DNA of 64,000 nucleotides from an uncultured delta proteobacterium (GTDB lineage Bacteria; Myxococcota_A; Polyangia; Polyangiales; Polyangiaceae), in assembly GCA_963696385.1 (NCBI GenBank), contig CAVOKF010000005.1, forward strand, positions 224,001-288,000. Direction: 5' to 3'. Shown here piece by piece: positions 12,888 through 22,973 of the stretch. The translations under genes and the position numbers were made by a program. Numbering within the stretch: position 1 is the first letter of the stretch; each line of letters starts with the position of its first letter. The notes under the pieces were generated by a model, which saw only the letters and a program-made list of their open reading frames with translations, did not search any database and was not told where the DNA came from.

Positions 12888-14399
12888 GTGCTGCTACCGA
12901 GTCCTACCAGCCGGTCCTCGATTCGATGGCGACGATTCATGTCGTCCATTGGCGTCGCAGCGTGTGCGTCGTCGATCGCGCTGACGCCGACTCTGGCTCG
13001 CCCCGATCCGGTTCCCGATGCGGGCGCATGGTCGGCCATGAACCCGGAGATCTTGACCCTGTCGCGGGCTATCGCCTCGGAGCGGGCACTTGCGGGCGCA
13101 AGCGTCGGCATTGCGGTTCTCGACGTCGAGTCGGGTCGCCTCCTGTCGGCCGTCAACGAACACCTCGCGCTCAATCCTGCGTCCAATGCAAAGCTTTACA
13201 CCGCAGCCGCTGCGCTTGCGATGTTGCGCGGCGACCACCGCTACGAGACAACCCTCTCGGGCAAGCTCGAGGGCGACGCTGTAGTGGGTCCGCTCGTGCT
13301 CCGCGGCTTCGGCGACCCCTCCCTTACTACGGCGGATCTCTGGTCGATGGTCGGCGAGCTTCGGTCGTACGGCGTCAAGCGACTGAACGGCGACGTCGCG
13401 GTCGACCAGCGCTTTTTCGACGATCAGACATTGCCGCCAGCGTTCGACCAGGAGCCGAACGAGTGGGCTGGTTTCCGCGCTCCGGTCAGTGCGGTAGCGC
13501 TCGACGAGAATTGCGTGACGATGACGGTTCGTCCCTTACCGGCCGGGACCGCGCGCATCGAGTTCGATCCGCCGGGCTTCGTCGATGTCGAGGGCACCGT
13601 GCGGACGGCGGATCCCGGTACGGCGGACAACGTGGAACTCACGTTGTCGGGAGTTGGATCGCGGATGAGCGCACAGGTGAGGGGCACGATCGCGAGCGAT
13701 TCTCGGCTGGTTCGGTATACGCGGCGCGCTGACGATCCACGACTTCTGGCCGGGTACGCACTCAAGGCGATCCTGGAACAAGCAGACGTCAAAATTTCGG
13801 GAGAGGTTCGCCTCGGTCGTGGCACCGAAATGCCAGGACACGTACTCGCAAAACACGCATCGGCTCCGCTTTCCTCGTTGCTCTACGGATTGGGCAAGCA
13901 GAGCGATAATTTTTATGCGGAAATGATCTTCAAGAGCCTCGGCGGAGAGCTGAAAGGCAGGCCGGCGAAGAGCGGCGACGCAGCCGACCTCATCGCGCGC
14001 TGGCTTGAACGCATTGGCGCGAGCGAGTCAGGCGTTGTCCTGAGGAACGGATCGGGCCTCTTCGACGCCGATCGGGTGACGGCGTCCAGCACGGTCGAGC
14101 TGCTTCGCTGGGCGTGGCGCGATTCGGAGATCCAACCGGAGTACGTGGCACAGCTCGCCATCGGCGGGGTGGACGGTACCCTGCGCAAACGCTTCCGCAG
14201 CGAGATTGTGAGGCATCGGGTTCGTGCCAAAACCGGCACGCTCGACGATGTCATCGCGCTGAGCGGCTATGTCCTGCGCGCTGGCGGCCGAGCCCCGATC
14301 GCGTTCTCCATTCTCTTCAATCACGTCGGCGGCAAGCAAGACGTGGCGCGACATGCCGCCGATAAGCTCGTCGAGCTCATTGCGCGGTCGATGCCATGA
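12888..14399 (+). CDS. dacB: D-alanyl-D-alanine carboxypeptidase/endopeptidase (PBP4, S13 family)
   Basis: PASNAK (SxxK), SDNFYAE (SxN), AKTGTL, GDPSL, NGSGL; start uncertain. Confidence 0.93.
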   Translation: MLLPSPTSRSSIRWRRFMSSIGVAACASSIALTPTLARPDPVPDAGAWSAMNPEILTLSRAIASERALAGASVGIAVLDVESGRLLSAVNEHLALNPASNAKLYTAAAALAMLRGDHRYETTLSGKLEGDAVVGPLVLRGFGDPSLTTADLWSMVGELRSYGVKRLNGDVAVDQRFFDDQTLPPAFDQEPNEWAGFRAPVSAVALDENCVTMTVRPLPAGTARIEFDPPGFVDVEGTVRTADPGTADNVELTLSGVGSRMSAQVRGTIASDSRLVRYTRRADDPRLLAGYALKAILEQADVKISGEVRLGRGTEMPGHVLAKHASAPLSSLLYGLGKQSDNFYAEMIFKSLGGELKGRPAKSGDAADLIARWLERIGASESGVVLRNGSGLFDADRVTASSTVELLRWAWRDSEIQPEYVAQLAIGGVDGTLRKRFRSEIVRHRVRAKTGTLDDVIALSGYVLRAGGRAPIAFSILFNHVGGKQDVARHAADKLVELIARSMP

Positions 14400-14473
14400 C
14401 GGCGGGCGTGTCGTGCTCGGCTGTCGGGCCAAACCATCTCTGGCGGCTCCCTCTCCCGGTACCCAATGCGGCT

Positions 14474-16096
14474 TTATTCCCGCATGTGCTTCCGGATCTT
14501 GCCCAGGGCCTGCTCTTGAAGTTGGCGAATGCGCTCGCGCGAAAGGTTGTACTTGTCCCCAATCTCTTTCAAAGTGAGCTCGTCCTCGTCGTCGAGCCCG
14601 AAGCGCCAGCGAATGATACGGCTCTCGATCGGCGTGAGCGTTGTCAGAAGCCTTCGGACCTCGGAGTTCCACTTCTGATTGGCGAGAGCCTCGTAGGGCG
14701 ACAGCGAGTTCTCGTCCTGCAGGAAGTCGATGAACTTACGACCGTCCTCGTCGCCGACTGGCCTGTCCAGCGAGAACGGGGTATCCGCCCATGCCCCTTT
14801 CACCTTGTCGAGCTTCTCCTGCGGAATGCCGGTTTCGCGCTCTAACTCGCCGAGCGTCGGTTCCCGTCCCGCCCGCGCCAGAACCGCCTGCGTCGCGCGC
14901 TGGATGCGGTTGTGCGTGTCGAGCATGTGCACCGGAATGCGCACTGCTCTACCCTTGTCGGCAAGCGCGCGGCTGATGGCATGCCGAATCCACCACGAGG
15001 CGTACGTCGAGAAACGGTACCCGCGCGTGTGGTCGAAGCGCTCGACCGCCTTCATCAGCCCGATGTTGCCTTCCTGAATCAAATCGATGAGTGGCAGCCG
15101 CCCGCGGTTGTAGCGGCGGGCTATGGAGACCACCAGGCGCAGGTTTGCCTTGACGAACTTGTTCTTCACCGACCGCGATCGGGCCGAGGCATTGACCATT
15201 TTGTGGAGGTACTTCTGGACCGCCGGTGTGCGTTTCAGAAGGTTCGGCGTTGGCGGCTCCGCCCCTGGATCTGCCTCTGCCAACCTTTGGCCGCGATCGA
15301 GGTCGGCCTCCTGAGCTGCTTCGTCCGGCTCCTCGGCGAGTCTCCGGACGGCCTCTTCGGAGTGCGCGATCCACAGACGATCGCTGTCGGCGAGGCGAAT
15401 CGCCCTCGCGAGCGAGGCGCACCAAGTTCGGTATTTTTTCTCCTGCTGTCTCGTGAACTTGTTTCGTTGCTTCTTGAAGGTGATAAGCAGTTTGCGGATC
15501 TCCGCAATCTGGGGCAGATCGATCGTCTCTTCGCCGGTCGGCAGGTCCCTCTCGAGCGAGTCGAGGGCAACGTCCGCCGCAGCGTAATAGCTGAAAATGG
15601 AGGTCCAATGGTCGACCTCCGCCTTTTCCACCTCGATCGCCGTGCGCAACTCATCCTCGGGCCCCATCACGGGATGCGTAGCCATCTCGCGGAAGTAGCG
15701 CGCGAGCATGGAATCCCCCCCGCCCTCTTCGATCTCTTTGTCGGATGGCGCTTTTTGGGGCACGAGGGTGTCGGAAGCCCCGGCTGCGGCCGCGGCGGCC
15801 TCGAGATCGAACTCATCTTCGACCATCGGTTCGAGCTCCGACGTAACCGCCGACCCCAGAACAGGCGTCCCGATTTCGAAGTCTTCCTCGTTCGGTGCCG
15901 CGGGTGCGGGTTCCGAGGGCGGACTTCCGCCCCCGGCCGCCGCCCGTCCGATCGCCTTCGGAGAGGGCCTCCTTGCGCGGGGCAGTGGCCCCGATCGTGC
16001 CGCTTGGGGCGGGTCGTGCGCCGCGGAAGCCCCCATGTTGGGCGTCCCCCTGTCGCCTTCGCCCATCGCCGCGGCGGTCGCTTTGCTCTTGCCCAT
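14474..16096 (-). CDS. RpoD/SigA-like sigma-70 factor (regions 1.2, NCR, 2, 3, 4)
   Basis: [66 protein letters not shown] before ATG 16096 (ORF is open to 16456). Confidence 0.93.
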   Translation of the reverse strand: MGKSKATAAAMGEGDRGTPNMGASAAHDPPQAARSGPLPRARRPSPKAIGRAAAGGGSPPSEPAPAAPNEEDFEIGTPVLGSAVTSELEPMVEDEFDLEAAAAAAGASDTLVPQKAPSDKEIEEGGGDSMLARYFREMATHPVMGPEDELRTAIEVEKAEVDHWTSIFSYYAAADVALDSLERDLPTGEETIDLPQIAEIRKLLITFKKQRNKFTRQQEKKYRTWCASLARAIRLADSDRLWIAHSEEAVRRLAEEPDEAAQEADLDRGQRLAEADPGAEPPTPNLLKRTPAVQKYLHKMVNASARSRSVKNKFVKANLRLVVSIARRYNRGRLPLIDLIQEGNIGLMKAVERFDHTRGYRFSTYASWWIRHAISRALADKGRAVRIPVHMLDTHNRIQRATQAVLARAGREPTLGELERETGIPQEKLDKVKGAWADTPFSLDRPVGDEDGRKFIDFLQDENSLSPYEALANQKWNSEVRRLLTTLTPIESRIIRWRFGLDDEDELTLKEIGDKYNLSRERIRQLQEQALGKIRKHMRE

Positions 16097-16549
16097 GACC
16101 GATACTCCCTCGCTCCTGAGCGCGTGAACGGATTGTTTCGAAGAATGCGAAGTGCCAGGCCCTTTTTTCTTGCCCCGTCCTTCGGCTTGAGGTGTCCGTG
16201 ACTTCCGTCGGTGCGCGGGCTTGGGTACCCGCGCGGCCGATAGGCGTGCACGACCTGTGCCCGATGGGCCCGTGTGCGCTCCACGCGTCCTGCGGCCGTC
16301 CGCCGCTCGGCGATGAGGTTGGGGGATGGCCGTTGCGATCGCCGCAGACCGACCCGCGTGCACGCGCAACGAGGCGGATTGCGCACGTTGCAACCGCTGC
16401 CGATCCGTTTTGATCCTCGACGAGCGCATCGGCGATTCGCGCGCTCCTTTCTCCATCGATCAGGTTATGGCCAGGTGCTCGAAAAACATCTTTCGGTCAT
16501 GAGATGATGGGCCGCCGCTCGACACTTCGTTCGGCGAAAATCGTTCGCC

Positions 16550-18298
16550 ATGCTGGCCCCCATCTTCGGTCATTCGGCTCTTTTAGAATACTACGTTAAG
16601 GGGCTCCGTCGGGTACTGCACGGGCCCGGACAGGCAGTCAGCTTCGCCTCCGTGTCGCTGATGCACGCCGTCACGCACGCGCTCGTGGCGCTTGTGGGTA
16701 GCAGTCTCGCACTCGCGCTCGTTGCGGCTCGGAGGTCACAGTTCGCAGGATCCATCGCGCCTGCAGGTCTTGACCCATTGCCCTTCTGCCGCCCGGGCGG
16801 TGCCGGAGCGCAGGCACTCACTCTGTCGGCGGCTGGGCTTGCGGTTCTTCTCGTGAAGGCGGCGTCCGGCACGTACGCTACCTACGTTCAGGTCCGTATC
16901 GCAGGCCAGGTTGGCTGCGACCTCCGGCTAGAGCTTTTTGATGCGCTTCTCGGGCTTCATCCGTTGCGCCATCCGCGACACCGCGATCAGGGGTCCCAAG
17001 GAGGAGTCCCGACAGCGCATGCAGTCATAGGCCTCACGTCGCGCGTTGGCGATGTCGAGGTCGGCCTTTCACAAGGACTGCTCGGCGGCATGAGGGCCCT
17101 CGCTCAACTCGTGCCCCTGGGCATCGTACTCGCTGTACTGGCTCCTCGCATGGCCGCGCTCGCCGCGTTGGTGCTAAGCGGATTCGGCTGGATTCTTGGT
17201 CTATGGCGCGCAGGATTTGGCGAGGCTTCGACCCTGGCAGCCCGCGAGCACGCACACCTTCTCCAAGCCGCGGATGAGGCGGTGCGTCACGCTGACTTGT
17301 GGGTGAGCTACGGTGCAGAGGCGAAAGCCCGTGCCAACGTCGGGTGCTTGGGCCACGCCGTCGCGCATCGTCGGGCCCGTCTGAAGGCGCGCGCGGCGGC
17401 CCTGAGCGGTGCCAACGAGGTGCTTGCTGCCGCTGCGCTTCTGGCGGCCGTTGCCGCGGCCCATGCGGGCTGGCTCGGCGATGCCGCACGCGGCGGGCCC
17501 CTCCTCCTGTTCGCCGTCGCATTCTTCCTTGCGTATCGTCCGTTGCGAGAGCTGGCGGACGCGCGCACCGCATTCTCCCGAGCGGACGCGTCTTATCAGG
17601 AGCTGCGTCGCGTCATCGAGCGAGCGGATCTGCCATGTCCGCGGCATTCCGCCGCTCCGAGCGGTCCCCCGCAGCATGTCTGGCCGCTGGCGCCACTCGA
17701 GCTGTCGGCGTTGCGGATCGTCGGCCGCGCGTCGTTGCCGGTCACGCTGCGCGTTGAGGCCGGCACCATCGCTGTCGTGATGGGCCCCACGGGTGTCGGC
17801 AAAACCACCTTGTTGCGCACTTTGCTCGGGCTCGAGGCCTGCGCCGGCGGGGACGTGCTGTACGGTGGCGAGTCCCTTCGCGACGCAGCAGCAGGGCCTG
17901 CAAGCCGACCTTTCGCGTGGGTCCCCCAAGACGCGCCGTTGCTCGCGGATACTCTGTCGGCGAATGTCGGACTGGGTGTCGAGGGGGCGGATGCGCGCGC
18001 CGCACTTGAGCCAATGGGCGCGGCACACCTCTCGCTCGCGCTCCGGGAATCGCGACTGGGCGCCGGTGGGCGTGCGGTGTCCGGAGGCGAGAGGCAGTGG
18101 ATTGCGCTGGCTCGGGCAATCGCGACTCGGCAACCGGTGCTTCTGCTCGACGAGCCGACAAGCGGATTGGACGATGGAGCGCAACGCCGTGTCCTCGATG
18201 CGATTTCGCGCCTTCGCGGGCAGCGCAGCGTCATCCTCGTGACACATCGAGCCGAAGCGCTGACGATCGCCGACCAGGTCGTGCGAATCGAGGCCTAG
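16550..18298 (+). CDS. ABC exporter, fused TM and ATPase domains
   Basis: N-terminal hydrophobic helices, GPTGVGKT Walker A, VSGGERQ, LLLDEPT. Confidence 0.88.
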   Translation: MLAPIFGHSALLEYYVKGLRRVLHGPGQAVSFASVSLMHAVTHALVALVGSSLALALVAARRSQFAGSIAPAGLDPLPFCRPGGAGAQALTLSAAGLAVLLVKAASGTYATYVQVRIAGQVGCDLRLELFDALLGLHPLRHPRHRDQGSQGGVPTAHAVIGLTSRVGDVEVGLSQGLLGGMRALAQLVPLGIVLAVLAPRMAALAALVLSGFGWILGLWRAGFGEASTLAAREHAHLLQAADEAVRHADLWVSYGAEAKARANVGCLGHAVAHRRARLKARAAALSGANEVLAAAALLAAVAAAHAGWLGDAARGGPLLLFAVAFFLAYRPLRELADARTAFSRADASYQELRRVIERADLPCPRHSAAPSGPPQHVWPLAPLELSALRIVGRASLPVTLRVEAGTIAVVMGPTGVGKTTLLRTLLGLEACAGGDVLYGGESLRDAAAGPASRPFAWVPQDAPLLADTLSANVGLGVEGADARAALEPMGAAHLSLALRESRLGAGGRAVSGGERQWIALARAIATRQPVLLLDEPTSGLDDGAQRRVLDAISRLRGQRSVILVTHRAEALTIADQVVRIEA

Positions 18299-18409
18299 GG
18301 TGAGACTGAAAACGTTACTTGAGCCTTCCCCCACTCGGCGCCCGACCCGTCGGGATCGGTCGCGGGGCTGGATCTTGACTGCGAAGCCATCGAATGCGGA
18401 TGCCAACTG

Positions 18410-19363
18410 CTACGGACGTATCAAATGCACGACGGGTCCAGCTTCGACGGTAACGGACCGAGCGCGGATCACGTCGCCGTCAAGGACATAGGCGTTCCTT
18501 TCTGCGAATCTCACGATTAGCGACCGCGCAAGCGTGTCGACCAAAGGTTCTCCGCGAAGCGGCCGCCCGCGCAGAACCCGCGGCATCTGGGGGCCGAGAC
18601 GCCTCGGAGGGAGTCCGCTCGCGACGACGTGGAACCGGTTGAAGCCTGCCGCACGGTACGTCACGAGAAAGTGGAGCCCGAGGTCGCGGACGACGCTCGC
18701 CACGATCAGACTCCACGCTCGGCCGCCGTGCGCCTCGCCATCCACGTCGATGCTTCCGCAAATCGGTGCCAGCACCTGATTGGCGAGGGTTGAGCGGACA
18801 AAGGAGCCAGCGAAGACTCTGCCCGCGATGGTCGCAGCCGTCAAAAGTCCCTGCCGTGGCGCACGCTGATAGACCTCGAAAAATCGTCCTACGAGACCTG
18901 CGCCGAAGATGAATCCGACGTAAGCGCCCCCGGAATCGTCGCGCACCCGCAGGGTAAGGTGCGGGTCGGCCCTCAGCCCCGAAGCCGCGCCGGCGCTCTT
19001 ACAGCACGCTATTCGTATCACGCGTCGCGCGCAACCGGGGCCTCTTAGCCCGAAATTTCGCGCCACGGTGCCGACGGTTCCCGCGGGCACGATCCCGAGC
19101 ACGGGCAGGGGTGCGTTACTGAACGCGCGGGCGAGGGCGCTCAGGCCACGCATGAATGTTCCGTCACCCCCCACGAAGAGCACGGGGGCTCTGCTCTCGC
19201 GTGACGCGAAATCGCGCGCCAGCTGATCAAGCTGCTCGAGGTTGGTCGGCTCGTGCAGGCGCGCGCCACAGCTCGCTGCTTCGTCGAGGATCCGCCGGCG
19301 CCACGCGGTGCCCGGGCGCACGTTGCCTGCGTACGGATTGACCACGACGTCGACATGGGCCAC
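18410..19363 (-). CDS. Diacylglycerol/lipid kinase family protein
   Basis: VVVNPYAG, VGGDGT, PAGTVG, LDGD. Confidence 0.85.
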   Translation of the reverse strand: MAHVDVVVNPYAGNVRPGTAWRRRILDEAASCGARLHEPTNLEQLDQLARDFASRESRAPVLFVGGDGTFMRGLSALARAFSNAPLPVLGIVPAGTVGTVARNFGLRGPGCARRVIRIACCKSAGAASGLRADPHLTLRVRDDSGGAYVGFIFGAGLVGRFFEVYQRAPRQGLLTAATIAGRVFAGSFVRSTLANQVLAPICGSIDVDGEAHGGRAWSLIVASVVRDLGLHFLVTYRAAGFNRFHVVASGLPPRRLGPQMPRVLRGRPLRGEPLVDTLARSLIVRFAERNAYVLDGDVIRARSVTVEAGPVVHLIRP

Positions 19364-19475
19364 GGTCCGCGCCTAGCATCGCGGCGAACGAGCGGCATCT
19401 TGCAGCGGCTTGGACGATCCGGGGATCGCGCGGCGACTTCGTCGCTTTGCCCCTTCGAAGTCGTCGGCTTTCTCG

Positions 19476-19973
19476 CTAGGAGCTTCGGCGGGATCGGGTG
19501 CGCGAAGGTGGGCGCGTCGAGCGCGCCTGGGCAGCGGCGTGATGGTAGCCGTTGTGGGTTGGCGCGCCTGCACTTGACGTATCCGCCACAATCTCGATGG
19601 ATCCTTGCAGGACTCCTCGCGTCGCGAACAGTGTTTCGGCGACCTTCTGCAGGCGGTCGGCGCGTCCGCGCATGACGATGACCTCCAGGCATCGCTCGGG
19701 ATCGAGATGGACATGCATCGCGGACCGCACTTGGTCGCCGAGTTCGTGCTGCATCTCGGTGATCCGCTCGGACAGATCGCGAACATGATGATTGTAAACG
19801 ATGGTTACGCTCGCGAAGGCGTCCACGCGTTGGCTCTTCAGCGATCGGATGATTTCAGCACGGGCCAGGTCGCGAATGAGTTCCGATCGACTGCTCATTC
19901 GCTCCTCCACCAGCCGATCGAATTGCGCCAAAAGAGACGATTCCATCGCCACGCCGAAGCGGGTCAAAGCCAT
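19476..19973 (-). CDS. nikR: Nickel-responsive transcriptional regulator NikR
   Basis: RFGVAME..LL..FD ribbon-helix-helix, SRSELIRDL, YNHH, QH, HVHLD..CLEV. Confidence 0.92.
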   Translation of the reverse strand: MALTRFGVAMESSLLAQFDRLVEERMSSRSELIRDLARAEIIRSLKSQRVDAFASVTIVYNHHVRDLSERITEMQHELGDQVRSAMHVHLDPERCLEVIVMRGRADRLQKVAETLFATRGVLQGSIEIVADTSSAGAPTHNGYHHAAAQARSTRPPSRTRSRRSS

Positions 19974-20149
19974 GCTAAATCAAGCATACTCCGAGCCGCG
20001 CCAGAGCGGCTAGCCAACGGCGACCGCACTCGGCGTCTTGCGCGGCCTGGGTAGAAACGCTCTCACGAGATGCCGTAACGCGACGAAACGGAAAAGGTGT
20101 GTCATCGCGACGCCTGGCTTCAATCTGCAAAGACGGCTAGTTCGCACTC

Positions 20150-21449
20150 ATGAAGACGTCGTCTCCTCGCGGCTGTCTCGCGCTACTTCTGCTCGGTTGC
20201 CTCGCGGGATGTGAGTCGTCGTCGGCGATGCGCGCCGTGAACCGTGGCGATTTCGACGCCCTTCGCGCGTTGATCGTCGCGCGTGAAGCCTCCGGCCAAT
20301 TGTCGACGAGCGAGGCGGTCTCGCTAGCGAAAGCCGTCGCCAGTCGCGAGCTGCGGACTGCTCAGGCGTCGGATGCGGTCGAGCGCGTGCGGGATATCCG
20401 CTCGTGCGCCCGCGAACTCGACGCGGCGCTGGCCGCACGCATGCGTACGCGCGACCCGGCGGGTGCAGAGGCTGCGCTTGCGCGAATCGAAGCACGCGGG
20501 CTCAGCTTCGACGAGGCGCGGACCCTGGCGGCGGGCCGGGACACGCTGTGGCGAGCGTTCGGCGCGCGTCTGCTCATTCGCCCGCAAGATCGCGCGGCTC
20601 GCCTGCGAGGGTTCCTCGACGTCGATCCGCAGGTGCGTCGACAAGCTGCTCGGGCGGCGCGCGACGCCGCCGATCCGCAGGACCTCTACGCCCTCGCCGA
20701 GGTTGCGCGACTCGACCCCGAGCCGCTCGTGCGCACCGAAGCGGTTCGCGCGATTGCAGCGCTTCCCGCTATTTCGGGGGACGGCGCGTCCCTCGCGCTT
20801 CGCGATATTTGGTCGGTCGGTGACGACGGACTTCGTGAGGACATCGCTCGGGCATGGTCGAGACCCGCGCTCTGGAACGCCGGAGGGCGCGAAGCGTTGC
20901 GCTTCGTCGTCGTGACCGATCACGGTCCCGGTGCCATCGAGGCCGCCAGCCGTCTTGGCTCGACGCGATGCGGGCGCCGACCTGACCGAAACGGCGGCGG
21001 CGCAATTCGTCCGATTCATAGCGGCCGATAGTCCGCGATACAGATTGCAGGCTATCGCGCAGGTCCCTGTCGCCGATCCGGGAGTCATCGTGGCACTGCG
21101 CGCGGCGGCGACGGACGCCGATTCCGCTGTCCGGATCGCGGCGCTCGAGCAACTGGTCCGCGCGAGGGATCGCGCCGCGCGATCGGAGATGGAGGCGATG
21201 GCGGCGTCGGGTTCTCCTCAGGCGATGCGCGCGCGCTACGCGCTCGCGATGACAGGCGATCGCGCGGTAGAGGTGTGGATCGAGCGAGATCTCTCCGCCG
21301 CCGCGTGCGACGATCGACTCGACGCCGCAGTCGCCCTCGGCTCGCTGGGCGTGCCAGCGCGCGCCGCACCGCTTCTCGCGGACGCGAGCGCCCGGGTCCG
21401 GGCTCGTGCCGCGTGCACGATTCTGGCCGCCTCGCGCGCCGTCCGTTGA
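20150..21449 (+). CDS. HEAT-repeat lipoprotein, split by a frameshift near 20945
   Basis: Lipobox LAGC; repeats such as DVDPQVRRQAA, DPEPLVRTEAVRAI, DADSAVRIAAL continue across ORFs 20150-21031 and 20931-21449. Confidence 0.75.
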
Positions 21450-21480
21450 AGATGACAAGCCATCGGTGCGCAGCCGACGG

Positions 21481-22905
21481 TCACAAACGGATGGTCTTCC
21501 ATGTCCCGCCGGCGAACTTGGCGCTCATGACGAGGGCGGCTAGGCACATGTAGATGAACGCTGCGATCCAGATTCCGTTGAGCGACAGGTGCAACCGCAC
21601 GCCCAGCAGATACGCTCCCGGTACGAGCCACCCGAAAACCAGAAGGAACTGCGCGAGCGCTACGAATTTGCTGTCGCCCGCGCCGAACAGGCCTTCGCTC
21701 AGAATCATCGCGACGGCGATGATCGGCGTTGCCATTCCCATGATGTGCAAAGGGAATGTCGCTGCGGCGCGAACGGACGTCGAGTTCGAAAAAATCGCTA
21801 CGACCTGATCGGTAAATAGAACCCCTTCGAACAGGCCCACGACTCCGAAAACGATGACTCCGAGGCGTACGCTGGCCCAACCCCAGCGTTGCGCTTCGTC
21901 CGGGTCGCGGCGTCCAAGGGACTGACCGATGAGCGTCGCTGTCGCGGTTCCGAATGACATGCACGCGGTGAATGTGAGCTGGAGCAGCTCAACGATGTCC
22001 GTGTTTGCCGCGCTGTTGACCGCCTCTACGCCCCCACATCGGCTTGCAATCGTCGCTGCGACTCCGCTCATATCCAGTCGACCGACAGCTCGCGTGAAGA
22101 GGCCGAACCCCGCCATCATCACGACCGTCGCCGCTGCCGCCGGGACCGAGAGTCGGAGAATGGTGGCACTGAGCCTTCCGGAAAGGTTGGACCATCGCAC
22201 GGGCTGGTATTCGCGCCGGGTGAGCAATGCAAAGCCAACCATGATCGCCAGGCCGATCCATGTCGCGACGAACGCGCTCAGACCCGCTCCGGGCGCGCCC
22301 ATGCGCGGCGCGCCGAGGTGGCCGAAGATGAACGCCCAGCAGAGAACGGCGTTTGCGACATTCATCACGATCGACGCCACAAGATGGACGTGCGTTTTTC
22401 CAATACCGTCGAAAAATGCCTTGATCGACATCGTCACCGCCATCGAAACGATTCCGAGTAGGCGCCAGCGCGTGTAAGCGAGGGCGACCTCCCGCACTTC
22501 AGGCACCCCGACCATCAAGCGAATGAGCGTTGGAAGGGTGGCGAAACCGAGGACGGAGAACGCGACTCCCGCGATGACGCAGAAGAACGTCGAATTGGCG
22601 AGCACGGCTCCAGCGGCTGTGCGATCTCCCTCCGCATAACGTCGAGCGACGAGCGCTTGTGTTCCCACGCTTACGGCGCAGAGGCTTCCGCCGAACAGCC
22701 ACACGAGAATCAACGAAGGGAGGAGCGCCGCCTGGGCGTTCGACGAGTCGGGGCAGGGCAGTCGGGAGAAGTACAAGACGTCGATTTCGTTCACGACGGC
22801 TTGCGACAGCATGGCGAACATCGTTGGCAGCGCGAGCCGCAGGATCGCTTTGTAACGATGTGCTCCGAGCACGAGCGGCGGCGCCGCGAGGTCGAGCGTC
22901 TCCAT
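21481..22905 (-). CDS. MATE family efflux transporter
   Basis: ILRLALP, FDGIGKT, APRMGAPGAGL, LIGQSLG, GAGDSK, GIW; about 12 TM. Confidence 0.92.
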   Translation of the reverse strand: METLDLAAPPLVLGAHRYKAILRLALPTMFAMLSQAVVNEIDVLYFSRLPCPDSSNAQAALLPSLILVWLFGGSLCAVSVGTQALVARRYAEGDRTAAGAVLANSTFFCVIAGVAFSVLGFATLPTLIRLMVGVPEVREVALAYTRWRLLGIVSMAVTMSIKAFFDGIGKTHVHLVASIVMNVANAVLCWAFIFGHLGAPRMGAPGAGLSAFVATWIGLAIMVGFALLTRREYQPVRWSNLSGRLSATILRLSVPAAAATVVMMAGFGLFTRAVGRLDMSGVAATIASRCGGVEAVNSAANTDIVELLQLTFTACMSFGTATATLIGQSLGRRDPDEAQRWGWASVRLGVIVFGVVGLFEGVLFTDQVVAIFSNSTSVRAAATFPLHIMGMATPIIAVAMILSEGLFGAGDSKFVALAQFLLVFGWLVPGAYLLGVRLHLSLNGIWIAAFIYMCLAALVMSAKFAGGTWKTIRL

Positions 22906-22973
22906 GCGCGTTTGGGGCAGCGGACTTTACCGGGCGTTGGCGCAAAAACAAGGTGACGCGCGCGAGACGCCTT

